Shown here piece by piece: positions 16,073 to 24,977 of a DNA stretch of 33,387 nucleotides (within the stretch, counting starts at the first letter, position 1; every line of letters begins with the position of its first letter). The DNA is from Ignavibacteria bacterium (GTDB taxonomy: Bacteria > Elusimicrobiota > Endomicrobiia > PHAN01), in assembly GCA_041694835.1 (NCBI GenBank), contig JBGFRZ010000063.1, positions 1 to 33,387 on the forward strand, written 5' to 3'. The translations under genes were made by a program, and so were the position numbers. A model generated the notes under the pieces. The model did not search any database. It had not been told where the DNA came from and saw only the letters and a list, made by a program, of their open reading frames with translations.

Positions 16073-17104
16073 ATGAAAAAATTTAAAGTTGCCGTGGTCG
16101 GCGCAACGGGTGCGGTGGGACAGGAAATGCTGAAGATGCTTGAGGCAAGGAATTTTCCCACATCCGAAATTTACGCGCTTGCCTCGGAAAAATCGGCCGG
16201 CAAAGAGATAAATTTCAGAGGCAAAAAAACAGAGATAAAGAGTTTGAGCGAATTCGCAAAAAATATTTCAGAGCACTCCCCGGATATCGCCCTTTTCAGC
16301 GCTGGTGCGAGCGTCTCTAAGGAATACGTCCCCGTTTTTGCGAAAAACAGCTGTTTTGTTATAGACAACTCCTCGGCTTTTAGGATGGACCCCACTGTTC
16401 CCCTTGTCGTTCCCGAAGTGAACGGCGACGTTTTGTCTGGCGATAAAAAAATAATCTCGAATCCCAACTGTTCGACGATACAGATGGTAGTCGTGCTAAA
16501 TCCCATACATAAAAGAGCAAAGATAAAGAGGATTATAGTTTCAACTTATCAGTCCGTTTCCGGGGCGGGCGGGAGAGCCATTGAAGAGTTGAAAGAACAG
16601 ACCATTGCAATCGCTAACGGTGTAAAAGTCCCTCCTCCGTCTAAATTCCCGTATCAGATAGCTTTTAATTTAATTCCCCAGATAGACATTTTTATGGAAA
16701 ACGGCTACACGAAGGAAGAGATGAAGATGAGCAACGAGACCAAAAAAATCATGAGAGACGAATTGATAAATGTCTCGGCCACGTGCGTAAGAGTTCCCGT
16801 GATAAGGAGCCATTCCGAGGCCGTATGGATAGAAACGGAGGACGAAATTTCTCCGGACGAAGCGAGGGATATTCTTAAGAAATCACCCGGCGTAGAGATA
16901 ATGGACGACCCCCAGAATAAAATTTATCCTATGCCTCTTTATGCCGAAAATAAACAAACCACTTATGTTGGCAGAATCCGCAGGGACATCTCCGCAAAAA
17001 AAGCCTTGACTTTTTGGGTGGTTTCTGATAATTTATTAAAAGGCGCTGCTTTGAACGCTGTCGAGATTGCCGAAGAGTTGACAAAAAGGAAAGTTTTGAT
17101 ATAA
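16073..17104 (+). CDS. asd: Aspartate-semialdehyde dehydrogenase
   Basis: Motifs VVGATGAVG, DNSSAFRM, NPNCSTIQ, STYQSVSGAG, CVRVPV and DNLLKGAALN. Confidence 0.97.
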   Translation: MKKFKVAVVGATGAVGQEMLKMLEARNFPTSEIYALASEKSAGKEINFRGKKTEIKSLSEFAKNISEHSPDIALFSAGASVSKEYVPVFAKNSCFVIDNSSAFRMDPTVPLVVPEVNGDVLSGDKKIISNPNCSTIQMVVVLNPIHKRAKIKRIIVSTYQSVSGAGGRAIEELKEQTIAIANGVKVPPPSKFPYQIAFNLIPQIDIFMENGYTKEEMKMSNETKKIMRDELINVSATCVRVPVIRSHSEAVWIETEDEISPDEARDILKKSPGVEIMDDPQNKIYPMPLYAENKQTTYVGRIRRDISAKKALTFWVVSDNLLKGAALNAVEIAEELTKRKVLI

Positions 17105-17105
17105 T
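17078..17105 (+). promoter_or_regulatory. Consensus sigma70 promoter within the 3' end of asd
   Basis: TTGACA (17078-17083), 16 nt, TATAAT (17100-17105), with an extended TG. Confidence 0.75.
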
Positions 17106-17134
17106 ATACATTACTCTGTAACAGAACACTAACT

Positions 17135-17824
17135 ATGTCCAAGAAACTTATAATAAATGCTGATGACATGGGTTTGCGTGAATCCATAAATAAGGGAATA
17201 ATCACCGCTTACAAAAATGGCGTTGTGAAGTCTGTGAGTTTGACTGTGGAAGGGGATGGCGTTGAAGACGCCATAAGACAACTGAAGGAAAATCCCTGCC
17301 TCGGAACGGGGGCGCACATCAATATGGATAAATTCTTTAACATCGACCACGGCAGGGGTTCTGTAATGGGTTTTATATCTCCCAAACCGTCGCCGGAAGA
17401 AATAAGGGGAGAGATTAGAAGGCAGATTGAAAAATATTTTTCATTCGGCCTTCCTTGCGATCATCTTGATTCTCACCACCACAGTCACCTGAATCAGGAA
17501 GTATTTCCGCTCGTCTGCGAAGTCGCAAAAGAATTCAAGATTCCTTTTGTAAGACTCCCCCAGAAGATTTTCTCGAACTACTCCGATTTTGAGCATCTCA
17601 AAAAAATTTTAGAGTCAAACGGCGTAAGGTTTATAGATCATTTTATAGAAGGATGGTACTGGGGGAATGTCGATGAAAACTACAAAATCGCCGAACTTAT
17701 GACCCACCCAGGCTACGGGGAACTCTGGAGAGAAGCAGAACTTGCCCACTGCTGCCAGCCGCAATTAAAGCAATACTTCACTGACCAAAAAATTGAACTC
17801 ATAAAATTTGCCGATTTGCTGTAG
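17135..17824 (+). CDS. ChbG/YdjC/HpnK-family carbohydrate deacetylase
   Basis: Motifs LIINADDMG, HLDSHHHSH and ELMTHPG. Confidence 0.9.
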   Translation: MSKKLIINADDMGLRESINKGIITAYKNGVVKSVSLTVEGDGVEDAIRQLKENPCLGTGAHINMDKFFNIDHGRGSVMGFISPKPSPEEIRGEIRRQIEKYFSFGLPCDHLDSHHHSHLNQEVFPLVCEVAKEFKIPFVRLPQKIFSNYSDFEHLKKILESNGVRFIDHFIEGWYWGNVDENYKIAELMTHPGYGELWREAELAHCCQPQLKQYFTDQKIELIKFADLL

Positions 17825-18083
17825 TTGCCGATTCGCCCCGTTTAAAAATATTCCACAACTTTGTTAAATTTTGTTAAGCAGCCCGACGGAGTGATTTTTT
17901 AAGTCCGAGGGATTTTTGGTAAAATTTATAGTTCTTTGTAATCCAGTCAGCAGTTGTGTTAGAATTAAGTTTTCGGAATAATTCTAACTGTTGTCCCATA
18001 GTTTTAGGTTTAGTCAGGAAGATTTAAATTGAACCCCAAGACAACTTTTGTAAAAAAGTAAAGGGTAAGGAGTGAAGAAAAAT

Positions 18084-19202
18084 ATGAAAATTCAGCTCGT
18101 TGATTTGTCCGCAGGTTATCATGAAATAAGAGACGAAATAGAAACCGCCGTCAGGAAAATTCTCGACAAAACGAACTTCGTGCTCGGCGAGGAGGTGGAC
18201 CAATTTGAAAAAGAATTTGCCGCTTTTTGCGGCAGTAAATATGCTGTCAGTGTGGCGAGTGGAACTGACGCTTTAAAAATAGCGCTGTTGGCTGCCGGAA
18301 TTGAAAATGGCGACGAAGTAATAACGACACCCAGCACTTTCGTTGCGACCACAGAAGCAATTGTTCAAAGTAAAGCAGTGCCAGTTTTTGCGGATGGGCT
18401 TCTTGACACATATAACTTAAATCCAAATGAAGTTGAAAAGAAACTCACCAAAAAAACAAAAGCAATACTGCCAGTTCATCTTTACGGTCATCCATCCGCT
18501 ATGGACGAAATTATCCGCATCTCGCAAAAATACAATTTACAAATTATTGAGGACTGCGCTCAATCGTTTACGGCGCAATATAAAAATTCAGACGGAAAGT
18601 GGCGCTATACAGGGACATTGGGCGTTGCGGGGTGTTTTAGTTTTTTTCCGGCAAAAAATTTAGGGGCATTCGGCGACGGCGGGATGCTCGTCACCGACGA
18701 CGAAAAACTTTACGACAATGCAAAGGCATTAAGAAGTCACGGCAGCCATGTGAGATATTATCACGACTTTGACGGCTTTAACTCCCGTCTTGATACTATT
18801 CAAGCAGCAATACTTTCTGTCAAGTTGAAACATATTACCAGATGGACGAAAATGAGAAATGATGTCGCCAGGAAATACAACGAGTTGCTCGGCGGTTCGG
18901 TCATAGTTCCCGTCAGTAAAGAAAATTGTAGACACTCTTTCAATTACTATAACATCAGATTTGCGAATAAGCACAGCAGAGATAAAGTTCAAAAAGCGTT
19001 GCTCGATAACGGGGTTGCTTGTCAGATTTATTATCCTTTGCCCCTTCACCTTCAGAAGGCGTATGTTCATTTAGGTTATAAAAAAGGCGATTTTCCCGTT
19101 GCAGAAAAAATATCCGACGAAACACTCGCTTTGCCGATGTATCCCGAATTATCTGATGAGCAGATAAGATACATTGTGAAGGTTGTCAAAAGCAATTTGT
19201 AG
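18084..19202 (+). CDS. DegT/DnrJ/EryC1/StrS-family sugar aminotransferase
   Basis: Motifs SGTDAL, PVHLYG, IEDCAQS, FSFFPAKNLGAFGDGG, NSRLDTIQAA and LPMYP. GTG at 18072 is an alternative start. Confidence 0.93.
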   Translation: MKIQLVDLSAGYHEIRDEIETAVRKILDKTNFVLGEEVDQFEKEFAAFCGSKYAVSVASGTDALKIALLAAGIENGDEVITTPSTFVATTEAIVQSKAVPVFADGLLDTYNLNPNEVEKKLTKKTKAILPVHLYGHPSAMDEIIRISQKYNLQIIEDCAQSFTAQYKNSDGKWRYTGTLGVAGCFSFFPAKNLGAFGDGGMLVTDDEKLYDNAKALRSHGSHVRYYHDFDGFNSRLDTIQAAILSVKLKHITRWTKMRNDVARKYNELLGGSVIVPVSKENCRHSFNYYNIRFANKHSRDKVQKALLDNGVACQIYYPLPLHLQKAYVHLGYKKGDFPVAEKISDETLALPMYPELSDEQIRYIVKVVKSNL

Positions 19203-19205
19203 TTT

Positions 19206-19582
19206 AATTGGACGCAGATAAAGGTGGATAAACGCAGATTAAAGCAACCATAAAATCATCGCCGATTACTACACTCGGGGGCAGGTTCTGCGTTCATCCT
19301 GTAAATCTGCGTCCTAAAATTTATCAGGAACATTTCTAATGGGACGCAGATAAACGCAGAAAAGACAGGATTAAGAATTATCTGCGTTAATCTTGTAAAT
19401 CTGCGTCCTAAAAAACTAATTGAACGCAGATGAACGCAGAAATAACTTTGATAAACGCAGATTAAAGCAACTATAAACTCATCTGCGAAAGTCCGCGTCC
19501 TAAAAAACTAATTGAACGCAGATATACGCAGAAAAAACAGGATTTAAGAATTATCTGCGTTAATCTTGTAAATCTGCGTCCT
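19206..19582 (+). repeat. Array of four palindromic units with 9-nt periodic arms (G[G/A]ACGCAGAT...ATCTGCGTCCT)
   Basis: Units at 19206-19315, 19342-19409, 19418-19501 and 19510-19582, joined by A-rich linkers. Two interior subtypes alternate. Confidence 0.93.
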
Positions 19583-19585
19583 AAA

Positions 19586-19616
19586 TATTACTTGAACCAT
19601 ATATCATCACCTCTAT
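19586..19616. repeat. Exact 31-bp copy of 20478-20508 (5' UTR, RBS and first five codons of the antitoxin gene)
   Basis: TATTACTTGAACCATATATCATCACCTCTAT at both positions. Flanking bases differ on both sides. Confidence 0.95.
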
Positions 19617-19618
19617 GA

Positions 19619-19657
19619 CCCCCGATTACTACACTCGGGGGCAGGTTCTATCGGGGG
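19619..19657. repeat. CCCCCGA-TTACTACAC-TCGGGGG-CAGGTTCT hairpin element
   Basis: 28 bp identical at 19262-19289 and 19622-19649. A variant lies at 20817-20845 and a partial reverse copy at 22122-22136. Confidence 0.85.
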
Positions 19658-19822
19658 TTTTTCTCTGCGCTCTCTGCTCCCCTTGTGGTGAGTTTTAGCG
19701 AAGCGTCAATGAACCCTATTTCACACTTTGATTGTGGTTGCCGGAAGCGGATATGAATTTGTTATTGAATCACCAATGAGACGGCCGTGCGGGCGCTCTT
19801 GTGGTTAAAGATTTTTCAGGAA

Positions 19823-20212
19823 TTATATAGTTGATATTGAAAAGAGTGCAACAATTTCTCTCAATACAGAGTCGAAGGCGGGCTCATTAGTCGGAAGAAC
19901 ATCATCTTCACTTTTAAAGTGCTTATGGTGGGGAAATGTGCTAATTGCTTTATAATGAGGGGCGTTATCATAACGAAAAATAATTTTTCCAGTTCTTGTT
20001 TGGTAATGATACGAATATTGAATTTTATTGTGTTGTGTTGAATCGATTATTTCCAGCAGGTAAAGCTTTGAGATATCAATAAATGTAATGTGCCCTTTTA
20101 CTTTTCCTAAACTGGTTGAGCGGGATTCAAAGATGATTGTTTCGGATAAAATGAAAGGTGAGAAGTTTTTCAGGGAATGTCGTATCTTATCGAAATATTT
20201 TTCAATCAGCAA
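19823..20212 (-). CDS. DUF6516/TumE-like toxin of a type II toxin-antitoxin pair
   Basis: Motifs YSYHYQ, IFRYDNAPHY and TFPHHKH. TTG at 20212 overlaps the antitoxin end; 20236 is an alternative start. Confidence 0.78.
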   Translation of the reverse strand: MLIEKYFDKIRHSLKNFSPFILSETIIFESRSTSLGKVKGHITFIDISKLYLLEIIDSTQHNKIQYSYHYQTRTGKIIFRYDNAPHYKAISTFPHHKHFKSEDDVLPTNEPAFDSVLREIVALFSISTI

Positions 20213-20492
20213 ATTTAATCTCTCGAATTTCGGCAAGTTTGTTTTTCAATCTGTTAAGAATTTCTTTTTCGCCAGCCCATTCAATAAAATCAATTTTATC
20301 ACCCAGAAGTCCCTGTTGAAACTTTTTGTAGAAGGAGTCTGTTTTCATCTTGTAATGTTTTTCAAATTGTTCAAGAATCTTTTTTGTCTGATTGATAGCA
20401 ATTTTAAGAGAATATTCTCTATTTCTGACCGTTTCTTCAAGGAGAACCCGAATGTTTTTTTTGTTATTGGGTTCGATTATTACTTGAACCAT
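20202..20492 (-). CDS. TumA-like antitoxin
   Basis: FEKHYKMKTDSFYKKFQQGLLGDKIDFIEW signature. RBS GAGGTG. It lies upstream of and overlaps the toxin gene. Confidence 0.75.
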   Translation of the reverse strand: MVQVIIEPNNKKNIRVLLEETVRNREYSLKIAINQTKKILEQFEKHYKMKTDSFYKKFQQGLLGDKIDFIEWAGEKEILNRLKNKLAEIREIKFAD

Positions 20493-20515
20493 ATATCATC
20501 ACCTCTATAAAGACG

Positions 20516-20544
20516 ATTATAATAAAAATATATAAAAAAGTCAA
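20516..20544 (-). promoter_or_regulatory. Sigma70 promoter of the TA operon
   Basis: On the minus strand: TTGACT (20544-20539), 17 nt, TATAAT (20521-20516). Predicted +1 is at about 20508-20509. Confidence 0.8.
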
Positions 20545-20632
20545 AAAGGCAAATTCCGTATATTCTGTTCGTCGATTGATTGAAGATGTTGAGTCCGCTT
20601 TTTTATCTGACATTTGGCATAAAGAAATAAAG

Positions 20633-20902
20633 ACAGCGAATAGCAAATAGCAATAGCGAATAGTGATTGACGACCGGTGATAGGTGTTGTAGTTGCCGAC
20701 CTGCCCCGTTATGGCAGGGTTTATCGGCTATGTAGCGCGAATGGATTTCCGATACAGAGATTCGGGAATGACAAGACAAAAAAACGAAAATTGTAGCGGC
20801 ACAGTTCCCCGACAACGACCCCCGATTACTACATTCGGGAACAGGCATTCGGGGACAATCTTTACGGTGACTATATGTTGCACCACAAGGCGGCGCTGCT
20901 AC
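20633..20902. repeat. Nested REP-like mosaic upstream of the GT4 gene
   Basis: AGCGAAT/AGCAAAT heptamers at 20635-20663. GCCGA..CCTGCC..GGCAGG..TCGGC at about 20694-20728. TGGATT..CGGGAATGACA at 20742-20773. GTAGCGGC...GCTGCTAC at 20793-20902 encloses the CCCCGATTACTAC element. Confidence 0.7.
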
Positions 20903-20926
20903 GATTGCGTATGACAAAATGATTTT

Positions 20927-22006
20927 ATGTCGAAACCCAAAATATTTTGTCTCTCAACAAGTTTAAACATCGGCGGAGCGGAAAAATTTTTAACGACGGT
21001 TGTAGAAAAATTAGGACATAGATACGATTTTACCGTCGGGTATTTGAAAGATAGGGGCTATTACGGCAAATATCTTTCCGACGAGAAAGGCATAAAAGTA
21101 ATAAAATTTAACTGCCCGTGGTCGCTTAAAAATTATTTGCTTGAGAATGACTTTCGCATTCTGCACACTTTTCTTTATCGCGCCAATATATTCGGTCGTT
21201 TTTCGGGAAAACTCGCCGGGTCGCCGCACATAATTTCAACTCAACTTGCAATCGATAAATGGAAAAGATGGTACTATGTACTTCTTGACAGATGGACTGC
21301 CAGATGGTGTTCTACAATCATTGCCAATTCCGAGTCGGCAAAAATGACTCTGATATGCCGCGAAAAAATCCCCGCGAAAAAAATCAAAGTAATATATAAC
21401 GGTTTAGATTTTGATAAAATAATAGCGGTTAAACCGTCGGAAGAAATAAGAAAAGAGTTTGGACTCAATGAAAGTGAGCCGGTAATAATTTGTGTTACAA
21501 GATTGCACTATGAAAAAGGGACGGACTTACTGCCGTCTATCGCATCAAAAGTTAAAAATGGTATTTTTCTGATTGTGGGTGATGGTCCCCAGAGGAATAA
21601 GTTGGAGGTTGTGGTAAGAGAGCGGGGATTAAGCGATAGATTTCGGATTCTCGGCTGGCGTAAGGACGTCTTGGCGTTGCTGAAAATCTCCGACATATTT
21701 CTTTTACCTTCAAGGGAAGAGAGTTTTTCGCAGGCCTTGCTTGAGGCGTTTTCCGCGGGTCTCCCCGCAGTTGTTTCAAATGTCGGCGGCATAAAAGAGT
21801 TGGTAGAAGACGGCAAAACAGGATTTCTGATAAAGCCCGGCGCTCTCGACGATTTCAGTGGTAAAATAAATTTTCTTATTGAAAATCCGTCAGAGGCGAA
21901 GAAAATGGGTACAGCGGGGTTTGAAAAAGCGAAGGATTTTTCTGAGGACAAAATGATTGCTGCCGTCGACACCTTATACGACGATTTATTGGTTTTAAAA
22001 AGATAA
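20927..22006 (+). CDS. Glycosyltransferase family 4 (GT-B)
   Basis: Motifs IGGAEK, IYNGLD, VGDGP, PSREESFSQALLEA and VGGIKELV. Confidence 0.92.
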   Translation: MSKPKIFCLSTSLNIGGAEKFLTTVVEKLGHRYDFTVGYLKDRGYYGKYLSDEKGIKVIKFNCPWSLKNYLLENDFRILHTFLYRANIFGRFSGKLAGSPHIISTQLAIDKWKRWYYVLLDRWTARWCSTIIANSESAKMTLICREKIPAKKIKVIYNGLDFDKIIAVKPSEEIRKEFGLNESEPVIICVTRLHYEKGTDLLPSIASKVKNGIFLIVGDGPQRNKLEVVVRERGLSDRFRILGWRKDVLALLKISDIFLLPSREESFSQALLEAFSAGLPAVVSNVGGIKELVEDGKTGFLIKPGALDDFSGKINFLIENPSEAKKMGTAGFEKAKDFSEDKMIAAVDTLYDDLLVLKR

Positions 22007-22018
22007 AAGAAAAGATTG

Positions 22019-22160
22019 AACCACAGATGGACGCAGATGTCATTCCAGTCAGAATGGTTTTATCGGGGAACGGGGAACCCCGTTTGCACGGGGACGATGT
22101 CTATGATTATGGATTCTAAATAGAACCTGTCCCCGAAATTTGTATGTAAATCTGCGTCCT
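22019..22160. repeat. Single palindromic unit whose arms enclose about 105 bp of other hairpin fragments
   Basis: Left arm AACCACAGATGGACGCAGAT at 22019-22038 and right arm TGTAAATCTGCGTCCT at 22145-22160. Inside are GTCATTCC, AACGGGG-AA-CCCCGTT and AGAACCTGTCCCCGA. Confidence 0.8.
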
Positions 22161-22196
22161 AATAGTTTTTGACGATAATAAAGAGGATGAGAGTAT

Positions 22197-23465
22197 ATGA
22201 AAGACAATTACAAAATCGCCGTTATAGGTCTTGGGTATGTCGGGTTGCCGCTTGCGCTTGAGTTTGCAAAAAACGGAATCGAGGTTCTTGGTATAGACAC
22301 GGACGAAAAGAAAACCGACATGATAAATCGCGGAAAAAGTTATATAACCGATGTTCCGATGGCGGGAATTAAATCCGCTGTTGGCAAAAGAAAATTATCG
22401 GCAACGTCTGATTTTTCCAAATTGAGAAAATATGATGTTATAATAATCTGCGTGCCAACACCTTTACGGAAATCGAAAGAACCAGATGTTTCATATGTCG
22501 TCTCAGCCGCTCAAGAGGTTAAAAAGTATTTGAGAAAAGGCCATCTTGTGATTCTTGAGTCGACCACATATCCCGGAACCACGAGAGAACTCGTTTTGCC
22601 TATGTTTGAAGAAACAAGACTGAAATGCGGCAAGGATTTTTATTTAGCGTTTTCGCCCGAGCGAGTTGACCCCGCAAATAAAATCTATAAAATTCACAAC
22701 ACCCCGAAAATAGTCGGCGGCATAACTAAAAAATGTACAGATATGGCTTATGCTCTCTACTCCAGAATTATCGAAAAAGTGCTCAAGGTTTCGTCCAGCG
22801 AATCGGCGGAGATGGTTAAACTCCTTGAAAACACATTCAGGGCGGTGAACATAGCTCTCGTGAACGAGGTCGCACTTATGTGTGAAAAATTGAAAATTGA
22901 TGTCTGGGAGGTTATCAGCGCCGCAGCCACAAAACCCTTTGGTTTTATGCCGTTTTATCCCGGCCCCGGAATAGGGGGGCATTGCATTCCTTTAGACCCT
23001 CATTATCTTTCCTGGAAGTTAAAGACGCTAAATTTTTTCTCTCGATTTATTGAACTTGCTGGCGATATAAACTCGAACATGCCCGAGTATGTGGTTAGAA
23101 GAATTTCGGCGATTTTCGACAAAAAAAGCAAAACAGTTAATGGCTCAAAAATTCTTATTCTTGGAGTCGCATACAAACCAAATGTCAGCGATTGGCGGGA
23201 GTCGCCTGCTATAGACATAATAAAACTGTTGAAAGAAAGGAACGCCTTTGTGGATTATTGCGACCCTTTTGTGCCTGTGCTTGATGAGACAAAAATGAAG
23301 TCGAAAAAATATCTCCATTCTTTGTTCGGAAAATATGATTGCGTGGTTATAGTGACCAATCACAGCGATTTTGACATCGCCGCTCTTGTGAAAAGTTCAA
23401 AACTTATTTTCGACGCAAGAAATGCGACACATGGCATAGATGACAAGAAAATTACAAGATTATAA
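22197..23465 (+). CDS. UDP-N-acetylhexosamine 6-dehydrogenase (WbpA/WecC/TviB family)
   Basis: Motifs GLGYVGLP, CVPTP, ESTTYPGTT, SPERVDP, KLLENTFR, GGHCIPLDP and AYKPNVSDWRESP. Confidence 0.94.
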   Translation: MKDNYKIAVIGLGYVGLPLALEFAKNGIEVLGIDTDEKKTDMINRGKSYITDVPMAGIKSAVGKRKLSATSDFSKLRKYDVIIICVPTPLRKSKEPDVSYVVSAAQEVKKYLRKGHLVILESTTYPGTTRELVLPMFEETRLKCGKDFYLAFSPERVDPANKIYKIHNTPKIVGGITKKCTDMAYALYSRIIEKVLKVSSSESAEMVKLLENTFRAVNIALVNEVALMCEKLKIDVWEVISAAATKPFGFMPFYPGPGIGGHCIPLDPHYLSWKLKTLNFFSRFIELAGDINSNMPEYVVRRISAIFDKKSKTVNGSKILILGVAYKPNVSDWRESPAIDIIKLLKERNAFVDYCDPFVPVLDETKMKSKKYLHSLFGKYDCVVIVTNHSDFDIAALVKSSKLIFDARNATHGIDDKKITRL

Positions 23466-24972
23466 TCTATATCTCGTTTCAATTTTACTTATCGGTTTTG
23501 TTTTGAGAATAACAGGCATCAACTGGGGGTTGCCGCTTAAACATCTACATATAGATGAATCCGTTGTTATATTTTATTCGGTCAGGATGTTGACTGGGAA
23601 TCTGAATCCCGCGCCTTTTTTCGACTACCCGTCACTTTTTCTCTATATACTCTTTTTCACCTACGCAGCCGTGTTTTTGCTCGGCAAAACTTTTGGCTTT
23701 TATGGAAGTTTGGACGAATATGTCGGGCTTTACAAAAATTTTGACCCGTCAATTTTTTATCTTACGGGAAGATTTCTGAATGTGATTTTTTCCGTCGCCA
23801 CGATATATCTGGTTTATAAGATAGGGGAAAAACTGAGTGGCAAAAAAGCCGGACTTATCGCCTCTTTTATGTTTTCAATCGCACCGCTTCATGTTTTACA
23901 TTCGCATTATGCCACAGTGGATGTCCCCGCTCTTTTTTTTGCCATTCTTTCTTGCTACTTCATTATATCTTATCACTTGAGCGGTAGAATTAGAGAATTT
24001 TTTATGGCAAGTTTTTTTCTGGGTCTCGCCGTGTCTACAAAATATTATCCGGTAATTTTTATTTTGAATCTTTTCGCTGCTTTGGTCATAAACGTTAAAA
24101 AACAAAAATTGTCGCCAAACAAATTGTTTCCTTTGGGTGGCGTCTCTTTTATTTTGATTTTATTTGGTTTTTTTGCAGGCACTCCGTTCGTCGTTATAGA
24201 TTTTAAAAACTTTTCAAACAGATTTTCTCATATTTTCGAAAATGTGATTTTTGGAGATAGAATTTTTAATTTGTTTTATTTTGGCAGGGACTTTTTATTG
24301 GGATTAAAGACTGCATTTTTAGGACTCATCGATGGTCTCGGATTGTTTTTATTCGTCGTTTCTTTGATGGGAGTTATCTGGTCTCTTGTGAAGTTTAAGA
24401 AAAATTCATTGTTTTTCCTGACCTTGCCTGCGGTGTTTATTTTTTTTGTCAGTTTTTGGAAAGTATTGTCGGCCCATTACTTGTTTCCAATTCATCCTTT
24501 TTTCTTGATATCGGGAGCAATTTTACTCGGCGATATGGCGAACAAAAAATCCCGCATTATCTTGATGGTTGTTTTGACGACATTGTCAACCCTGCCCAAA
24601 ACGGCATATTCGGTTTATCTTTTGACGCGTCCGGACACAAGAGTGGAAGCTTATAGATGGATTAAAAAAAATATCCCGGCAGGAACCAATATTTTAAGAA
24701 GTCCGTCCACGCCCAACTTCAGCTCAAAAGATCCTTACCGAGTCACGTGGGACGGCGAATGGAAAATATTCGACAAAATGTGCTCGCGTATTTTGGAAAA
24801 ATACGATTATATTCTCATGACACTCAATCCGGAATTTGAAAAAAGATTTTCGGAAAATCTCATTTCTCTTAATGAGTTTAGCAGGGTGAAATTTGCACCA
24901 CATCACAACCCGACTGTAAAAATATATAAAGTTGCAAATATGAAACCACAGATGAACACAGTTGAGCACTGA
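23440..24972 (+). CDS. GT-C fold (ArnT/PMT-like) membrane glycosyltransferase
   Basis: N-terminal TM followed by WGLP..HIDE, FDYPSL, SHYATVD and STKY. The last ~10 codons derive from a repeat arm. Confidence 0.82.
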   Translation: MTRKLQDYNLYLVSILLIGFVLRITGINWGLPLKHLHIDESVVIFYSVRMLTGNLNPAPFFDYPSLFLYILFFTYAAVFLLGKTFGFYGSLDEYVGLYKNFDPSIFYLTGRFLNVIFSVATIYLVYKIGEKLSGKKAGLIASFMFSIAPLHVLHSHYATVDVPALFFAILSCYFIISYHLSGRIREFFMASFFLGLAVSTKYYPVIFILNLFAALVINVKKQKLSPNKLFPLGGVSFILILFGFFAGTPFVVIDFKNFSNRFSHIFENVIFGDRIFNLFYFGRDFLLGLKTAFLGLIDGLGLFLFVVSLMGVIWSLVKFKKNSLFFLTLPAVFIFFVSFWKVLSAHYLFPIHPFFLISGAILLGDMANKKSRIILMVVLTTLSTLPKTAYSVYLLTRPDTRVEAYRWIKKNIPAGTNILRSPSTPNFSSKDPYRVTWDGEWKIFDKMCSRILEKYDYILMTLNPEFEKRFSENLISLNEFSRVKFAPHHNPTVKIYKVANMKPQMNTVEH

Positions 24973-24977
24973 AAATC

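Noticed and set aside
20603-20917. ORFs on both strands upstream of the GT4 gene
   Set aside because: The region is a mosaic of REP-like palindromes, and the translations are not protein-like.
19617-20926. Classical integron cassette or IS element
   Set aside because: No attC with RYYYAAC/GTTRRRY ends, integrase or transposase could be identified.
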